Positions 31,501-42,103 of a DNA stretch of 64,000 nucleotides are shown here, one piece after another. This DNA comes from Candidatus Spongiisociaceae bacterium (lineage in GTDB: Bacteria; Actinomycetota; Acidimicrobiia; Spongiisociales; Spongiisociaceae), in assembly GCA_965262915.1 (NCBI GenBank), contig OZ253564.1:4128001-4192000 (forward strand). The letters run 5' to 3'. Made by a program: the position numbers and the translations under genes. Position 1 is the stretch's first letter; every line of letters begins with the position of its first letter. The notes under the pieces were generated by a model. The model was not told the DNA's origin and made no database searches. It worked only from the letters and a program-made list of their open reading frames with translations.

Positions 31501-34284
31501 GTGGCTCGCCTGTCATGGAATGAGATCCGAGTTCGAGCAGCCACCTTCGCCATGGAATGGCAGGACGCTGCCTACGAGAAGGGCGAAGCCCAGAGCTTCT
31601 ACAATGACTTCTTCAACGTGTTCGACGTAAAACGCCGTTCGGTGAGCCGCTACGAGGAGCACGTGAAGAAGCTCGACAACAGGTCCGGGTATATCGACTT
31701 GTTCTGGCCGGGTGTCTTGCTTGTTGAGCACAAAAGCGCCGGGAAGGATCTCGCGGCGGCGTACGACCAGGCTGGCGAGTACTTCGATGCGATCCCGGAG
31801 CGGGAGCGACCCCGCTATATCCTGGTGTCCGACTTCCAGAATTTCGAGCTTCGCGACTTGACCGAGCGGAGAACAGCCACGTTCGGTCTGGCCGATCTGC
31901 CCGACCATGTAGACAAGTTCGGGTTCGTGGTCGGCGTCAGTCGGCGGATGTTCCGCGATCAGGATCCGGTGAACATCGCAGCTGCCGAACTAGTGGGACG
32001 GTTGCACGATGCACTTCGAGAGACGCGCTATTCGGGTCACGATCTGGAGCGTTTCCTCGTACGGGTGACGTTCTGCCTGTTCGCCGACGACACAGGTGTG
32101 TTCGAACGGAATATCTTCCTCAATCTGATCACGGAACGCACTAGCGAGGACGGGGCAAACACGGGACAATGGTTGGGACAGCTCTTCGAGGTGCTGGACA
32201 CGCCCGAGGCAGATCGGTCTTCGGTTCTGGACGAGGATCTTGACAGGTTCCCCTACGTCAACGGGGGGTTGTTCGAGGGGCAGGTTCGGGTTACTTCGTT
32301 CAACGCGAACATGCGGAATCTGCTACTGGAAGCGTGCTGGTTTAACTGGTCGAACATCTCCCCCGCGACCTTCGGGGCGCTGTTCCAGTCGGTGATAGAC
32401 CCTGACAAACGGCGGGCGGATGGAGCGCATTACACCACCGAAGCGAACATTATGAAGGTGATCGGCCCGCTCTTCATGGATGGCCTCCAAGAAGAGTTCC
32501 AACGTCTCCGGTCGCGTCGTGACAGTCGTCGGGCAGTCGAACTCAAACGGTTCCAACAGAGACTGGGGACCCTGAGCTTTTTCGACCCTGCCTGCGGGTG
32601 CGGCAACTTTTTGGTTATCGCCTACCGGGAGCTGAGGCGCCTCGAAATAGAGGTCCTCCGCGAGATCAGGGCCGCTACCGGCCAGTCCGGGCAACAGGCG
32701 TTGGATGTGCAGTTGATGTCGCATGTCGATGTGGACCAGTTCTACGGTATCGAGCTGGGAGAGTTCCCGGCGCGGATCGCCGAGACCGCCCTGTGGATGA
32801 TGGACCACATCATGAACACCCAGCTGAGCCTGGAGTTCGGACAGACATACACACGTATACCGCTAGAAACCTCACCACGCATCATCTGTGGGGACGCACT
32901 GGAAACCGACTGGGCAGCAGTCTTGCCGCCCGACCAGTGCTCCTACGTATTCGGTAATCCACCGTTTTCTGGCTCCAAGATACAGAAATCCCACCGACGC
33001 GGGCAGGTGAAGCAGCTGTTCGGCGGTGGGCGGGGAACTCTGGACTACGTAACCGCCTGGTTCGCGAAGGCCGGAGAGTACCTGCAGGGAAACCGCAGCG
33101 TCCGGATCGGGTTCGTGGCCACAAACTCGATAACCCAAGGTGAACAACCAGGCCAGCTGTGGCCGGTCCTGTTCGACAGGTACAGCCTCGAGATATCGTT
33201 CGCCCACCGTACCTTCGCGTGGGGTTCCGACGCCCGCGGCAAAGCACACGTCCATGTCGTGATTATCGGCTTGGACCACAGCGACCATGCTCCCAAACAG
33301 AAGCGCCTGTTCGACTATCCGGACATCAACGGCCAACCCGACGAAAGCTCTACCACAGCCATATCACCCTATCTCGTCGACGCAGCCCACATGGACGACC
33401 CCCATGTCACAGTGCGGAAAGAATACAACCCCATCAACGGGATGAGCCGCCTGCGCGTCGGCTCCAAGCCCATCGACGGCGGGATCTACATCCTCAACGC
33501 TAACCAACGAGCTGCGTTCCTCGACTCCGAACCCGAAGCGGAACCGTTCCTACGCCCCTACATCGGTGGACGTGAATATCTACACAACGTCGAACGGTGG
33601 ATACTCGTACTTCACGACGCCGCTCCCGACCAATTAGCCCGCCTACCCCAAGTGAAGGAACGCATCAGTCGAGTCCGGTCCTACCGGCTAGCCAGAATAA
33701 GCGCGCCTACCCGTAAGCTAGCCGACACACCAACCCGATACCATGTGAACGTCCTACCTACTGCCCCGTATCTGGTTGTACCGGAATCCAGTTCCGAACG
33801 GAGAGAGTACATACCGATCGGATGGTTAGAACCGCCCACCATTCCCAGCAACCTCGTGAAGGTTCTGACGGACGCTTCGCTAGCCGATTTCGCCCTGCTG
33901 ACATCCACGATGCACATGGAATGGATGCGCCGTATCGGCGGCCGCATCAAAAGCGACTACCGCTACTCGGTCGGAGTGGTCTACAACACCTTCCCCACCC
34001 CACCCGGCTACCACACCAAAGACACCCAGGCGAAACTCGAACCCGTCGCACAAGCCGTCGTCGACGCCCGAGCCGTGTGGCCGCACTCCACACTCGCCAA
34101 CCTGTACGACCCCGACCTGATGCCCCCGAACCTGCGCCGGGCGCACCAGAGCCTAGACCGCACAGTAGACCGCCTATACAGCCGGACCCGTTTCACAACA
34201 CAATCCCAACGGATCCAGCATCTGCTCACGCTCTACCGCAACGCCCAATGCCGAGATGTGCCTACCGGGCGGAGTCCTTCGTGA
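31501..34284 (+). CDS. MmeI-like type IIL restriction-modification enzyme
   Basis: YIDLFWPG..LVEHKS nuclease, GAHYT, FDPACGCGNFL, GNPPF, RIKSDYRYS..VYNTFP, LYDPDLMP. Confidence 0.94.
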   Translation: MARLSWNEIRVRAATFAMEWQDAAYEKGEAQSFYNDFFNVFDVKRRSVSRYEEHVKKLDNRSGYIDLFWPGVLLVEHKSAGKDLAAAYDQAGEYFDAIPERERPRYILVSDFQNFELRDLTERRTATFGLADLPDHVDKFGFVVGVSRRMFRDQDPVNIAAAELVGRLHDALRETRYSGHDLERFLVRVTFCLFADDTGVFERNIFLNLITERTSEDGANTGQWLGQLFEVLDTPEADRSSVLDEDLDRFPYVNGGLFEGQVRVTSFNANMRNLLLEACWFNWSNISPATFGALFQSVIDPDKRRADGAHYTTEANIMKVIGPLFMDGLQEEFQRLRSRRDSRRAVELKRFQQRLGTLSFFDPACGCGNFLVIAYRELRRLEIEVLREIRAATGQSGQQALDVQLMSHVDVDQFYGIELGEFPARIAETALWMMDHIMNTQLSLEFGQTYTRIPLETSPRIICGDALETDWAAVLPPDQCSYVFGNPPFSGSKIQKSHRRGQVKQLFGGGRGTLDYVTAWFAKAGEYLQGNRSVRIGFVATNSITQGEQPGQLWPVLFDRYSLEISFAHRTFAWGSDARGKAHVHVVIIGLDHSDHAPKQKRLFDYPDINGQPDESSTTAISPYLVDAAHMDDPHVTVRKEYNPINGMSRLRVGSKPIDGGIYILNANQRAAFLDSEPEAEPFLRPYIGGREYLHNVERWILVLHDAAPDQLARLPQVKERISRVRSYRLARISAPTRKLADTPTRYHVNVLPTAPYLVVPESSSERREYIPIGWLEPPTIPSNLVKVLTDASLADFALLTSTMHMEWMRRIGGRIKSDYRYSVGVVYNTFPTPPGYHTKDTQAKLEPVAQAVVDARAVWPHSTLANLYDPDLMPPNLRRAHQSLDRTVDRLYSRTRFTTQSQRIQHLLTLYRNAQCRDVPTGRSPS

Positions 34285-35450
34285 TTAGACGAAAGCGCAG
34301 AACGTTGCGGTCGGCGGAACCGAGGTTTGCGGTTGTGGATGTGGAGACGACCGGGTTCTCCAGACATGACCGCATCGTCGAGTTCGCGTGTGTCACTGTG
34401 GTTGACGGTGCCGTGGTGGAGGAGTACGAAACACTGATACAGCCGCACCGTGACCCGGGGCCGGTCCATATTCATGGAATCACTCCAGATATGCTGCAAT
34501 CGGCGCCACCGTTCGAAGCCGTTGCCGGTGACATAGCTAACCGCCTCGACGGAGCAGTGCTCGTAGCTCACAACATCAGCTTCGACGTAAGGATGCTGGC
34601 CTACGAAGCTGACCGTCTCGAAAGCGGCGGCTTCCACCCTGGAGAAGGATTATGCACCTACAAACTGACCAGACAGAAGCTGGCACTAGCCGCCGCGGAA
34701 GCCGGTCTGCCCGAACCGAACCACACCGCGCTTACCGACGCCCGCACCGTCGCCGCGCTGGTTGACTTGCATGCCCCGCGCCGGGCTGTGCGAGATCTGA
34801 CCGCCGTGTCGTGGGTACCGAACATCTCCGCCAGCCGACTTACCGTACGCCGTCCAGACTCACCACCCCGTCGCGGGTCGCTGCACCAAGCTGCTGCACT
34901 CACCCGCTGGCCAGGCACCCCCGAGGAACCCACCGCGCTGTACCTCGACGTGCTAGACCGCTGCCTAGACGACGGAATCCTCGAAGACGATGAACGCGAA
35001 TGGTTGGATGGCACCGCCAGAGTGCTCGGTATCAGCGAACACGGCAGGACGCAGCTGCACAAGCAGTACTACGAACTCCTTAAAGAACAGATACTCGCCG
35101 ACGGGATCGTCACCCAAGAAGAGCAGCGCCTCGCGGAACAGATCGCCGCTGCGCTCGCTCTCGGACCCACCGGCCTTCCCGTCACGCAGCCTCCCGAGAA
35201 CCCGGTGGACATCCGCGCAGGCATGACAGTGTGCTTCACCGGAACAGCAGTGATCAAAGGTGGCCCCGCTAACAGACTGCTGTTAGAGAAGATCGCCACA
35301 CTAGTCGGGATGCGGACGGTGAAGTCCCTTACCAAGAAATGTGACCTGCTCGTCGCGGCCGATCCGCTATCACAATCCAGGAAAGCCCAAACCGCACGAA
35401 AGCGGGACATCCCGATCATCAGCGTCGAGGACTTTATCGACGCTACTTGA
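34281..35450 (+). CDS. DEDDh 3'-5' exonuclease with TerB-like middle region and C-terminal BRCT
   Basis: VVDVETTG, VAHNISFD, HTALTDA; DGILEDDE/ADGIVTQEE; VCFTG...LTKKCDLLV.AD..SQSRKA..AR; GTGA overlap with RM gene. Confidence 0.88.
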   Translation: MIRRKRRTLRSAEPRFAVVDVETTGFSRHDRIVEFACVTVVDGAVVEEYETLIQPHRDPGPVHIHGITPDMLQSAPPFEAVAGDIANRLDGAVLVAHNISFDVRMLAYEADRLESGGFHPGEGLCTYKLTRQKLALAAAEAGLPEPNHTALTDARTVAALVDLHAPRRAVRDLTAVSWVPNISASRLTVRRPDSPPRRGSLHQAAALTRWPGTPEEPTALYLDVLDRCLDDGILEDDEREWLDGTARVLGISEHGRTQLHKQYYELLKEQILADGIVTQEEQRLAEQIAAALALGPTGLPVTQPPENPVDIRAGMTVCFTGTAVIKGGPANRLLLEKIATLVGMRTVKSLTKKCDLLVAADPLSQSRKAQTARKRDIPIISVEDFIDAT

Positions 35451-35513
35451 CAGCGAATGGCTGATGTACATTCCTCCATACGCTCCGCGAGGTAGCGAAC
35501 CAGCACCCGACCA

Positions 35514-35627
35514 ATCTTCGACATCCTCCACGGCAACCGCTGGGGCAGCCTCCCCACCATCGCCCGCCTCGAAAACGCCCTCAACACCAACCTCTGGGGA
35601 AACGAACACCGCCAGCCGCCGACGTAG
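35514..35627 (+). pseudogene. XRE-like HTH remnant
   Basis: IFDILHGNRWGSLPTIARLENALNTNLWGNEH*. Confidence 0.55.
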
Positions 35628-35732
35628 GTCCCGCGCCGTTCGGGGGTCTCGTCCAGGACCCAACTTGACCCCAACAACGCTGCGTTCGGGTCTGTCGTGG
35701 CTATTGCATGGACGGATGCAATTCGTTCACCG

Positions 35733-36728
35733 TCAGACTACATCCAAGACCTTCTGGACCTTAGGCAAAAGGCGCGTCAGTCTTTCACGGTGGCTCTCAT
35801 ACAGGACCGACGCTTCGACCCGCTGATCTCCGTGCTTCTCGGTGACTATCTGGGCTACGAGTGCCTCAGCCACGATCTCGGCCAACGCGGTCCTCGCCTC
35901 CGATGTGCCGTCCCTGGAGAGGTCTTCACCGACTAGAGGCAGGAGAGACGGCTGTTTCTGGGCGATCCACAGGGTTTGCTCCTCGTCGGACCTTCGGCCT
36001 GGTGGGTCAAAGTAGGAGCGCAGATTGCCAACATCGTGAGAGGCGAACTTGATATTCAGACCGGCGATCCCGGAGTCTCTGCTCATGATTGTCACCGTGG
36101 TTCGGGTAGTGTGTTCTCCAAGCGTTGCGTACAACGTTGATGTGGAACCGAGTTGGGAACCCGTGACGCGTATGGCCGATGTGTAGAAACCGAGCTCCCC
36201 GTCGAGGGACATGGTTGCGATTCCGCCGTCAAGTACCGTTACACCCTCGCTGTCGGATCGTACGCGTATACCCTTGACGATCATCTCTTCGGCTAGTTCG
36301 ACTGGTGCCCAGATCACCAGTGCCTTGGTTTTGTTGAGGCCTAGGGTGTATGTGTCCTTTTCGAACCGGAGTCGGTCAGGCGGCTCTATCGGTGTTGGTG
36401 GTGGAGGCTCTGGGATACCTTCTAGGACCGCAAGGCCCGACCGTTCGCCGATGGATACCTCTAAGAGTCCCTGCTCGGGTTTCAGCGCCCTGATGCGGAC
36501 AGGTGCTGTCAAGACATCGGTGCGGCCGCTTCGGTGGGGTCCGAGCCGGATGGATGCGTCGTTTACGACTTCGAAGGCATCGTCGGGCTCCCGCTCGATA
36601 TCGATGTCTTTGGTGATGATCTGGTTTGCCAGCACGTTCTCGCGGTCGCGCCGGGCAAGTTCAGGGAGATACTTGTAAAATCGCTCGCCGCGGGAGGCTT
36701 CGTCGGACACGGCATGCAAACCGATCAA
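35733..36728 (-). CDS. Hypothetical protein, probably 5'-truncated
   Basis: 331-aa ORF with protein-like composition, no recognised motif, weak start. Confidence 0.55.
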   Translation of the reverse strand: MIGLHAVSDEASRGERFYKYLPELARRDRENVLANQIITKDIDIEREPDDAFEVVNDASIRLGPHRSGRTDVLTAPVRIRALKPEQGLLEVSIGERSGLAVLEGIPEPPPPTPIEPPDRLRFEKDTYTLGLNKTKALVIWAPVELAEEMIVKGIRVRSDSEGVTVLDGGIATMSLDGELGFYTSAIRVTGSQLGSTSTLYATLGEHTTRTTVTIMSRDSGIAGLNIKFASHDVGNLRSYFDPPGRRSDEEQTLWIAQKQPSLLPLVGEDLSRDGTSEARTALAEIVAEALVAQIVTEKHGDQRVEASVLYESHRERLTRLLPKVQKVLDVV

Positions 36729-37169
36729 TCCCAGTTAGAGAAAACGATCTGACACATGGGCTGCAAGTGTCCGGTACCACGGCGATATCATCGGATACAT
36801 ACTAGCGCCAGCTCGCAGTCTGCATGAGTGGGTTCTACGGGGCGCAGTACATGCAGCAGCAGAATCCAGAATCCAAAGTGAAGCCTGGCAAGATCTTGCC
36901 TCGACGCCCGGATCCGACAACTGGCTGATGGAACTGTTTGGCGAGGGGTTTCTCACGTCTCCTACCGTCCACCACATCGCAACAACCCGAGGAAGGGCAT
37001 CATGGACGGCAAGTATCCGAGTCTCGTATGGATCGCCGTCGGCATCTGGGTGATGATCGGGGGGCAGTGCGCCGCAGCCGTTTTATCGCTGTAGGCTGCT
37101 CGCCCGTTGGGTCGATGAATCAGCCTGCCTCGTCCCGCCTCGCCTGGGCCGGGGACACTTCTGCCCGGA

Positions 37170-37310
37170 GACGATGTAGCGGTGGGGAGGTACCGTTCGG
37201 AGGTGTTCGTCGCCCCATAGCCGGTAATCCAGGTAGTGCTCTAGTCGGGCGATGGTGTCCAGGTCTCCCCAGCTAGTCCCGTTGTAGATATCTTGGGCAG
37301 CTAGGAGGCT
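37170..37310 (-). pseudogene. Second XRE-like HTH remnant
   Basis: QDIYNGTSWGDLDTIARLEHYLDYRLWGDEH, homologous to 35514-35627; upstream in-frame stop. Confidence 0.55.
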
Positions 37311-37760
37311 GAGTCAGGTCACTCCCTTCTCTGGGCTGCTCACTCCGCCTCAACGCGCTGACGGTTACCGGTCGTTCGGGGGTACGGATCTCCACGGTTC
37401 GGTCTCTGATGCCCTTCCACCGGAAGCGGCCCGATCCGTGGAAGCAGACGTTGCTGCGTTAGACGACCCCTACGAACAAAAGGCTGACTTGATTGATGGT
37501 TCCATAGGCGAAGCGTCGATGTGTCATACGACATCCGGATACTATGCTCAGGGTTGTGCGTACTGATTTGATGTGCAGCACAATCAAAGCAGTCGAGCGG
37601 TACAAGTGGGATGACTTAGCCCGGGAACCGCTCGTAGACGTGACTAGCAGGACAAACACTTGGCACATATTGTTCAGAGAGGCCTATGTCGGGCCTGCAA
37701 CCGTAAGCGCTCGTCAAGGTCGCCAAAGTAGCAGGTCACAATGGTTAATTACGTCGAGCC

Positions 37761-38012
37761 GTCGCGAAGGGAGCAAGGCTCCCGCATCGTTGAAGCGCCG
37801 TCCGCCATCGCCTCGGCCACCGCCTCGGCCTGGTCGCGAAGGGAGCAAGGCTCCCGCATCGTTGAAGCGCCCGCAGCACGGCCAGGCCAGTTCCGGCTTC
37901 GACAGTCGCGAAGGGAGCAAGGCTCCCGCATCGTTGAAGCTTTGTCTGCGAGTGGGGCTACAACGTCGGCGTGTTGGTCGCGAAGGGAGCAAGGCTCCCG
38001 CATCGTTGAAGC
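37761..38012 (+). CRISPR. Orphan CRISPR array, 4 repeats and 3 spacers
   Basis: Identical 36-bp repeat GTCGCGAAGGGAGCAAGGCTCCCGCATCGTTGAAGC at 37761, 37833, 37905, 37977; three 36-bp spacers; GGGAGC/GCTCCC hairpin; lower-GC leader upstream. Confidence 0.95.
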
Positions 38013-38119
38013 TGGCGTGCCGAGATCCGAAACGCGGTCTCGTCTCCCGGTGTGTACGGGGGATAGGAACATGCTTGCGGGTCGGTTCCCCACCGGTGGC
38101 CAACCATCCCCGAACGCAG

Positions 38120-38309
38120 CCCGACCCACCGCGGCATGGAGTTCCTTTACAGCCTCAACCGCCTCAATGTGGCCACAAGCCGCGCTCAGTGTCTCGCCGT
38201 CGTGGTCGCCAGCCCAGAACTCATCCGCGTCCGCTGCCGCACGCCTCGGCAGATGCGGCTCGCGAACGCTCTCGCGCGGCTCGTGGAAGTAGCCACTGAG
38301 CAAGCGTAG
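38120..38309 (+). pseudogene. C-terminal fragment of SF1 helicase (TM0106/Dna2-like)
   Basis: RGMEFLYSLNRLNVATSRAQCLAVVVASPEL..CRTPRQMRLANAL. Confidence 0.75.
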
Positions 38310-38837
38310 CGGGGAACTCCAAACAGCACCTGGGAGACCGGCGGCCACGCGGGAATGCACGCTACGCGACGAACGGCGCGAGGCCGACGCCAGTGGTGGA
38401 CTCCGACATTGACTCGCACCCCAGAATCAGGAACCTCTTCGATGCGGTCCCGTTCTAATCCCCTGAGCGACGACCTGCGGTCTGGTTGACCTGACAGTTT
38501 CCAGGCCCTGTCGGCCGTGTACTCAACTCTAGAGAGCGAACCTGCCCCCAACTACTCTATCAACGAATGGACATCTGCACGACGCAGGGACTACCTCGCT
38601 GCCGCACTGCTGAACATCGGCTCGTACGACGATTGGTGTGACCCCACTCACAGCGATGCCGAGTCGTTCCTGGCCCAATACCGCACGGTCCACACCCATC
38701 GCCCCCGACCCCACCATGGTCCACCGTCCGACGCAGATGAAGCCGCCGAAGAAGTCTTAAGACTCATCTGTCAATTGCGGAACTCTTATGGACCGACGCG
38801 TGGGCCTAGGACTCCCCACATCGACGTAGAAGCATTA

Positions 38838-40291
38838 CCCGGGTTCAAGGGGTCGTTGCAACACTGCCTTGTTGGAGGGAGTGTAGGAGGTTGTCGAGGG
38901 TCTCGGCGGGGGTCTTCCAGTTGAGGGTTTTGCGGGGTCGGCTGTTGAGTGCTGCGGCGACGGCGTCGAGGTCGCCTCTTGAGTGTCTGTGGAGGTCGGT
39001 GCCTTTGGGGAAGTATTGGCGTAGGAGACCGTTGGTGTTCTCGTTGGTTCCACGCTGCCATGGACTCTGCGGGTCGCAGAAGTAGATGTCGAGGTTGGCC
39101 TCTGTGCGGAGTTGAGCATGCTGGGCCATTTCGACTCCTTGGTCCCAGGTCAGCGAGCGGCGGAGCTGTTGGGGCAGGGTGATGATCGACGCAGCGATAG
39201 CGTCTCGTACGGCTTGGGCGCCGTGGCCGGCGAGAGGGGGCCCGTTGTGGACCCGTTGCTGTTTTCGGTGGCCTGGCATGGGTGGGAGGTGCAGCAGCAT
39301 CGTGAACCTGGTGGTCCGCTCCACCAGTGTTCCGATCGCGGAACTGTGGAGTCCCAGGATCAGGTCGCCTTCCCAGTGTCCTGGCACTGCCCGGTCGTCG
39401 GCCTCGGCGGGGCGTTGGGTGATCATGATCTCGGGAGCAACGAACGTCTTGCGTCGCCTCCGGGTTCGTGCCCGCGGGACCCGCAAAGCTCGCCCGGTTC
39501 GCCCACACGCCACGAGTTCGCGTTTTAGCGCGCCTCGGCCTTGCACATAGGCCGCCTGGTAGATGGCTTCGTGGGAGATTCGCATGGACTCATTGTGGGG
39601 GAAGTCGATCCGGAGCCGGTTCGAGATCTGCTCAGGGCTCCACGACGTTGCCCACCGCTGGGCAGCTCGCCTTCCGTGACGGCGACCCGCCCAGCGCACC
39701 TGGGGTCCTGGCACCAGCTCACCATCCGGGCGGGCGATCTGCCCACCCAAACGATCCTGCACATACTCACGAAGCTCGTCGTTGGCGGCCAGCTTGGAGA
39801 GCTTCGGGCGGCTGGCACGCCGCTCCGCGTGCCACTGCGCTGTCGTTGCCCGATAAACCACACCACGACTACGAGTCGACGCGTTACGGCGCAACTCCCG
39901 CGAAATCGTCGACGCGCAACGACCCACGCGACGACCGATCTCCCGCACCCCCACACCCTGCGCACAGAAGATGGCGATCTCTTCCCGTTCGGTAAACGAC
40001 AGATAACGCCCCGACACCGAACCCAGAGAGATCGGCGGCATCCCACCAGCCTGGCGGAACCATCTAGACCCAACCGCCGGGGACACCCCCGCCCCGGCAG
40101 CCGCGTCCTCACTCGAGACACCCCCAGCGATCCCCTCCCAGAACCGGACCCGATCCTCACGCCGCGCTTTCGACGGCCGACCAGGCGACCACATCCGGCC
40201 GCGCACCGCCCGAATCGCCTCCCGACGCTCCACAACACTCACCGCAAACCTCCTTCATCACCAAGTGTTGCGACCACCAATTGAATCCGCC
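38838..40291 (-). mobile_element. IS30-family insertion sequence
   Basis: 28-bp imperfect TIR ending GCAACACT; TTA direct repeat at 38835-38837 and 40292-40294. Confidence 0.88.
38845..40242 (-). CDS. IS30-family transposase
   Basis: STISRELRRN, WSPEQIS, GHWEGDLI, LTWDQG.E, PWQRGTNENTNGLLRQYFPKG. Confidence 0.96.
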   Translation of the reverse strand: MSVVERREAIRAVRGRMWSPGRPSKARREDRVRFWEGIAGGVSSEDAAAGAGVSPAVGSRWFRQAGGMPPISLGSVSGRYLSFTEREEIAIFCAQGVGVREIGRRVGRCASTISRELRRNASTRSRGVVYRATTAQWHAERRASRPKLSKLAANDELREYVQDRLGGQIARPDGELVPGPQVRWAGRRHGRRAAQRWATSWSPEQISNRLRIDFPHNESMRISHEAIYQAAYVQGRGALKRELVACGRTGRALRVPRARTRRRRKTFVAPEIMITQRPAEADDRAVPGHWEGDLILGLHSSAIGTLVERTTRFTMLLHLPPMPGHRKQQRVHNGPPLAGHGAQAVRDAIAASIITLPQQLRRSLTWDQGVEMAQHAQLRTEANLDIYFCDPQSPWQRGTNENTNGLLRQYFPKGTDLHRHSRGDLDAVAAALNSRPRKTLNWKTPAETLDNLLHSLQQGSVATTP

Positions 40292-40462
40292 TTAGCCAAC
40301 TTGCTCGAAATGCGTTAGCTTCCGCGAGACGTTCCCACCGACTGATGTGCTGGTCAAGGCCCGGGGCGTCACTATCGACGTATGCCTGATGGACCTCACC
40401 CTTGAAAGAGGCGGCTGAGCGAGAAGCGTGAGTGAAACTGTCGATTCCCAGCCTCATGAGAC

Positions 40463-40575
40463 GAGGTGACGCCCGTCGTTCCCTATCTCTGAGGTGACGT
40501 CGTCCGGGTTCTGGAGGCGACGTCCTCTACTGCCCCTGAGCGAACTCCCTGGTGGGGGGTGGTCGCGAAGACCCC
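40463..40575 (+). repeat. Dispersed island motif, copy A
   Basis: GAGGYGAC at 40463, 40491, 40514; CCTGGTGGGGGGTGGTCGCGAAGACCCC at 40548-40575. Confidence 0.75.
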
Positions 40576-40719
40576 ACGGCACGGCACGACGACCGACGGC
40601 GACGCCCGGCTTTCGCCCCCGGCCCATTGAGCACTACGGCTCGGCCTGGCTGTGGACGTTCTGCAGAGGTTCGTCTACAGACCCTACCCATAACGACATC
40701 AAAGTAGTTGAATGTCGTC

Positions 40720-41928
40720 ATGGGTAGGTATGAGAAACGCCTATGGTCTCCTCACGACGCCGAACGTTATCCACCAACGAGCGGCCGCCGCAACCGCAGA
40801 TCCGGCACATACGATGCTTACATTCCAGACCTGCTCAGCGGCTGGGAACCGTCGCTACCGCTGCGCTTGGCGGGTGCGATAGCAGAAGCCGAAACGCTGG
40901 TACGCCTGACCGACGCTGTGGGGTCCGCAGACGATCCGAGCGCGGCTGAGTGGCTACTGGTGAGAGCTGAGAGCGTGGCTTCCAGCCGCATTGAAGGAGT
41001 GTTCCCGTCGCTGCGCCGCGTGGCAAGGGCCGAAGCCCGTCAAAGCGGTCTAGCACCATCCGACAAGATGGCAATCGGGAATATCACCGTCACGGCACAA
41101 GCCCTAGTGCTGGGGAAGCAGGCGCGGCCGGTGACCGTAGATGACCTATGCGGACTTCACCGATCCCTGATGAACCACTCACTCCACCCGCAGGCAGGTG
41201 GAGTAATCCGGGAACGACAGAACTGGATAGGCCCGGAGTTCTCCACTCCCCTAGAAGCCGTACACGTGCCACCGCCGCCCGAGATGGTCCGTCCGCGGCT
41301 CGAGGATCTCGTGTCCTACATGAACAACCAGCACCACCCACCCCTCGTTCAAGCTGCCCTAGCCCATTCACAGTTCATTGCGATCCACCCGTTCGCGGAC
41401 GGTAACGGCCGCACCGGACGAGCACTCATCCATCTCGTCATGCGCAGGCGGAAACTCACCCGCAACCTGACCGTACCCATAAGCTCGGTGCTGGCACGGC
41501 AACGCTCCGCCTACATCGGCACCCTCGACGCCGGACTGCACGAAGGCTCCCCTCACGACCCCGCCCGAATGACCGCACAACAACCATGGCTACAACTCCT
41601 CGCCGACGCGACCCTGGCCGCCTGCGACTACTCGGACCGCATCCAGAACAGGCTCGCCGACATTCGCGCACAATGGCAACAGGCCGTCCCACTACGCGGC
41701 GAATACCAGCGGCGCATGGTCGAACTACTACCCACCCAGCCCGTGTTCGACATCCCGACCATCTCCCAACAACTCGGAGTCAGCCAACGCACAGCCGCCC
41801 GCGTAGTGGCACACCTCCAAGAAGGCGGAATACTCCGCCAACACAACGCCGGCAAGCGAAACCGTGTCTTCGAAGCCGCAGCAATCGTCGACCTGTTCAC
41901 TTCCCTACCAGACAACATCCAAACCTGA
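40720..41928 (+). CDS. Fic-family protein with C-terminal HTH
   Basis: ESVASSRIEG, HPFADGNGRTGR. Confidence 0.93.
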   Translation: MGRYEKRLWSPHDAERYPPTSGRRNRRSGTYDAYIPDLLSGWEPSLPLRLAGAIAEAETLVRLTDAVGSADDPSAAEWLLVRAESVASSRIEGVFPSLRRVARAEARQSGLAPSDKMAIGNITVTAQALVLGKQARPVTVDDLCGLHRSLMNHSLHPQAGGVIRERQNWIGPEFSTPLEAVHVPPPPEMVRPRLEDLVSYMNNQHHPPLVQAALAHSQFIAIHPFADGNGRTGRALIHLVMRRRKLTRNLTVPISSVLARQRSAYIGTLDAGLHEGSPHDPARMTAQQPWLQLLADATLAACDYSDRIQNRLADIRAQWQQAVPLRGEYQRRMVELLPTQPVFDIPTISQQLGVSQRTAARVVAHLQEGGILRQHNAGKRNRVFEAAAIVDLFTSLPDNIQT

Positions 41929-42103
41929 CCGCTTTCGACGAGCAGCCCGGCACGGGCGATGTTTGTCCCAGTCTGGCGTTCAGCCATACGCTCTCCATCG
42001 TGTTGGTTCGCCAGCGTTTCTGCTGGTGGTTGGCTCATCTATCTGGGGTTCGCTGTAATACATGTAGATGGCGATGCCATAGAACGTGGACAGCCTGGGC
42101 ATG

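Noticed and set aside
37340-37668. Short ORFs next to the CRISPR leader as cas2
   Set aside because: An MSYD start is suggestive, but there is no hydrophobic strand before YD and no Q.SVF motif
37761-37769. GTCGCGAAG shared by the CRISPR repeat and the dispersed island motif
   Set aside because: Only 9 bp in GC-rich DNA, and the rest of the repeat and its hairpin are absent, so these are not degenerate CRISPR repeats
27521-38012. CRISPR-associated transposon
   Set aside because: No TnsC/TniQ or Cas effector is recognisable, and the array is ~7 kb from the transposase with unrelated genes between
37544-38360. ORFs with repeated peptides (REGSKAPASLK and similar)
   Set aside because: Translations of the CRISPR repeats
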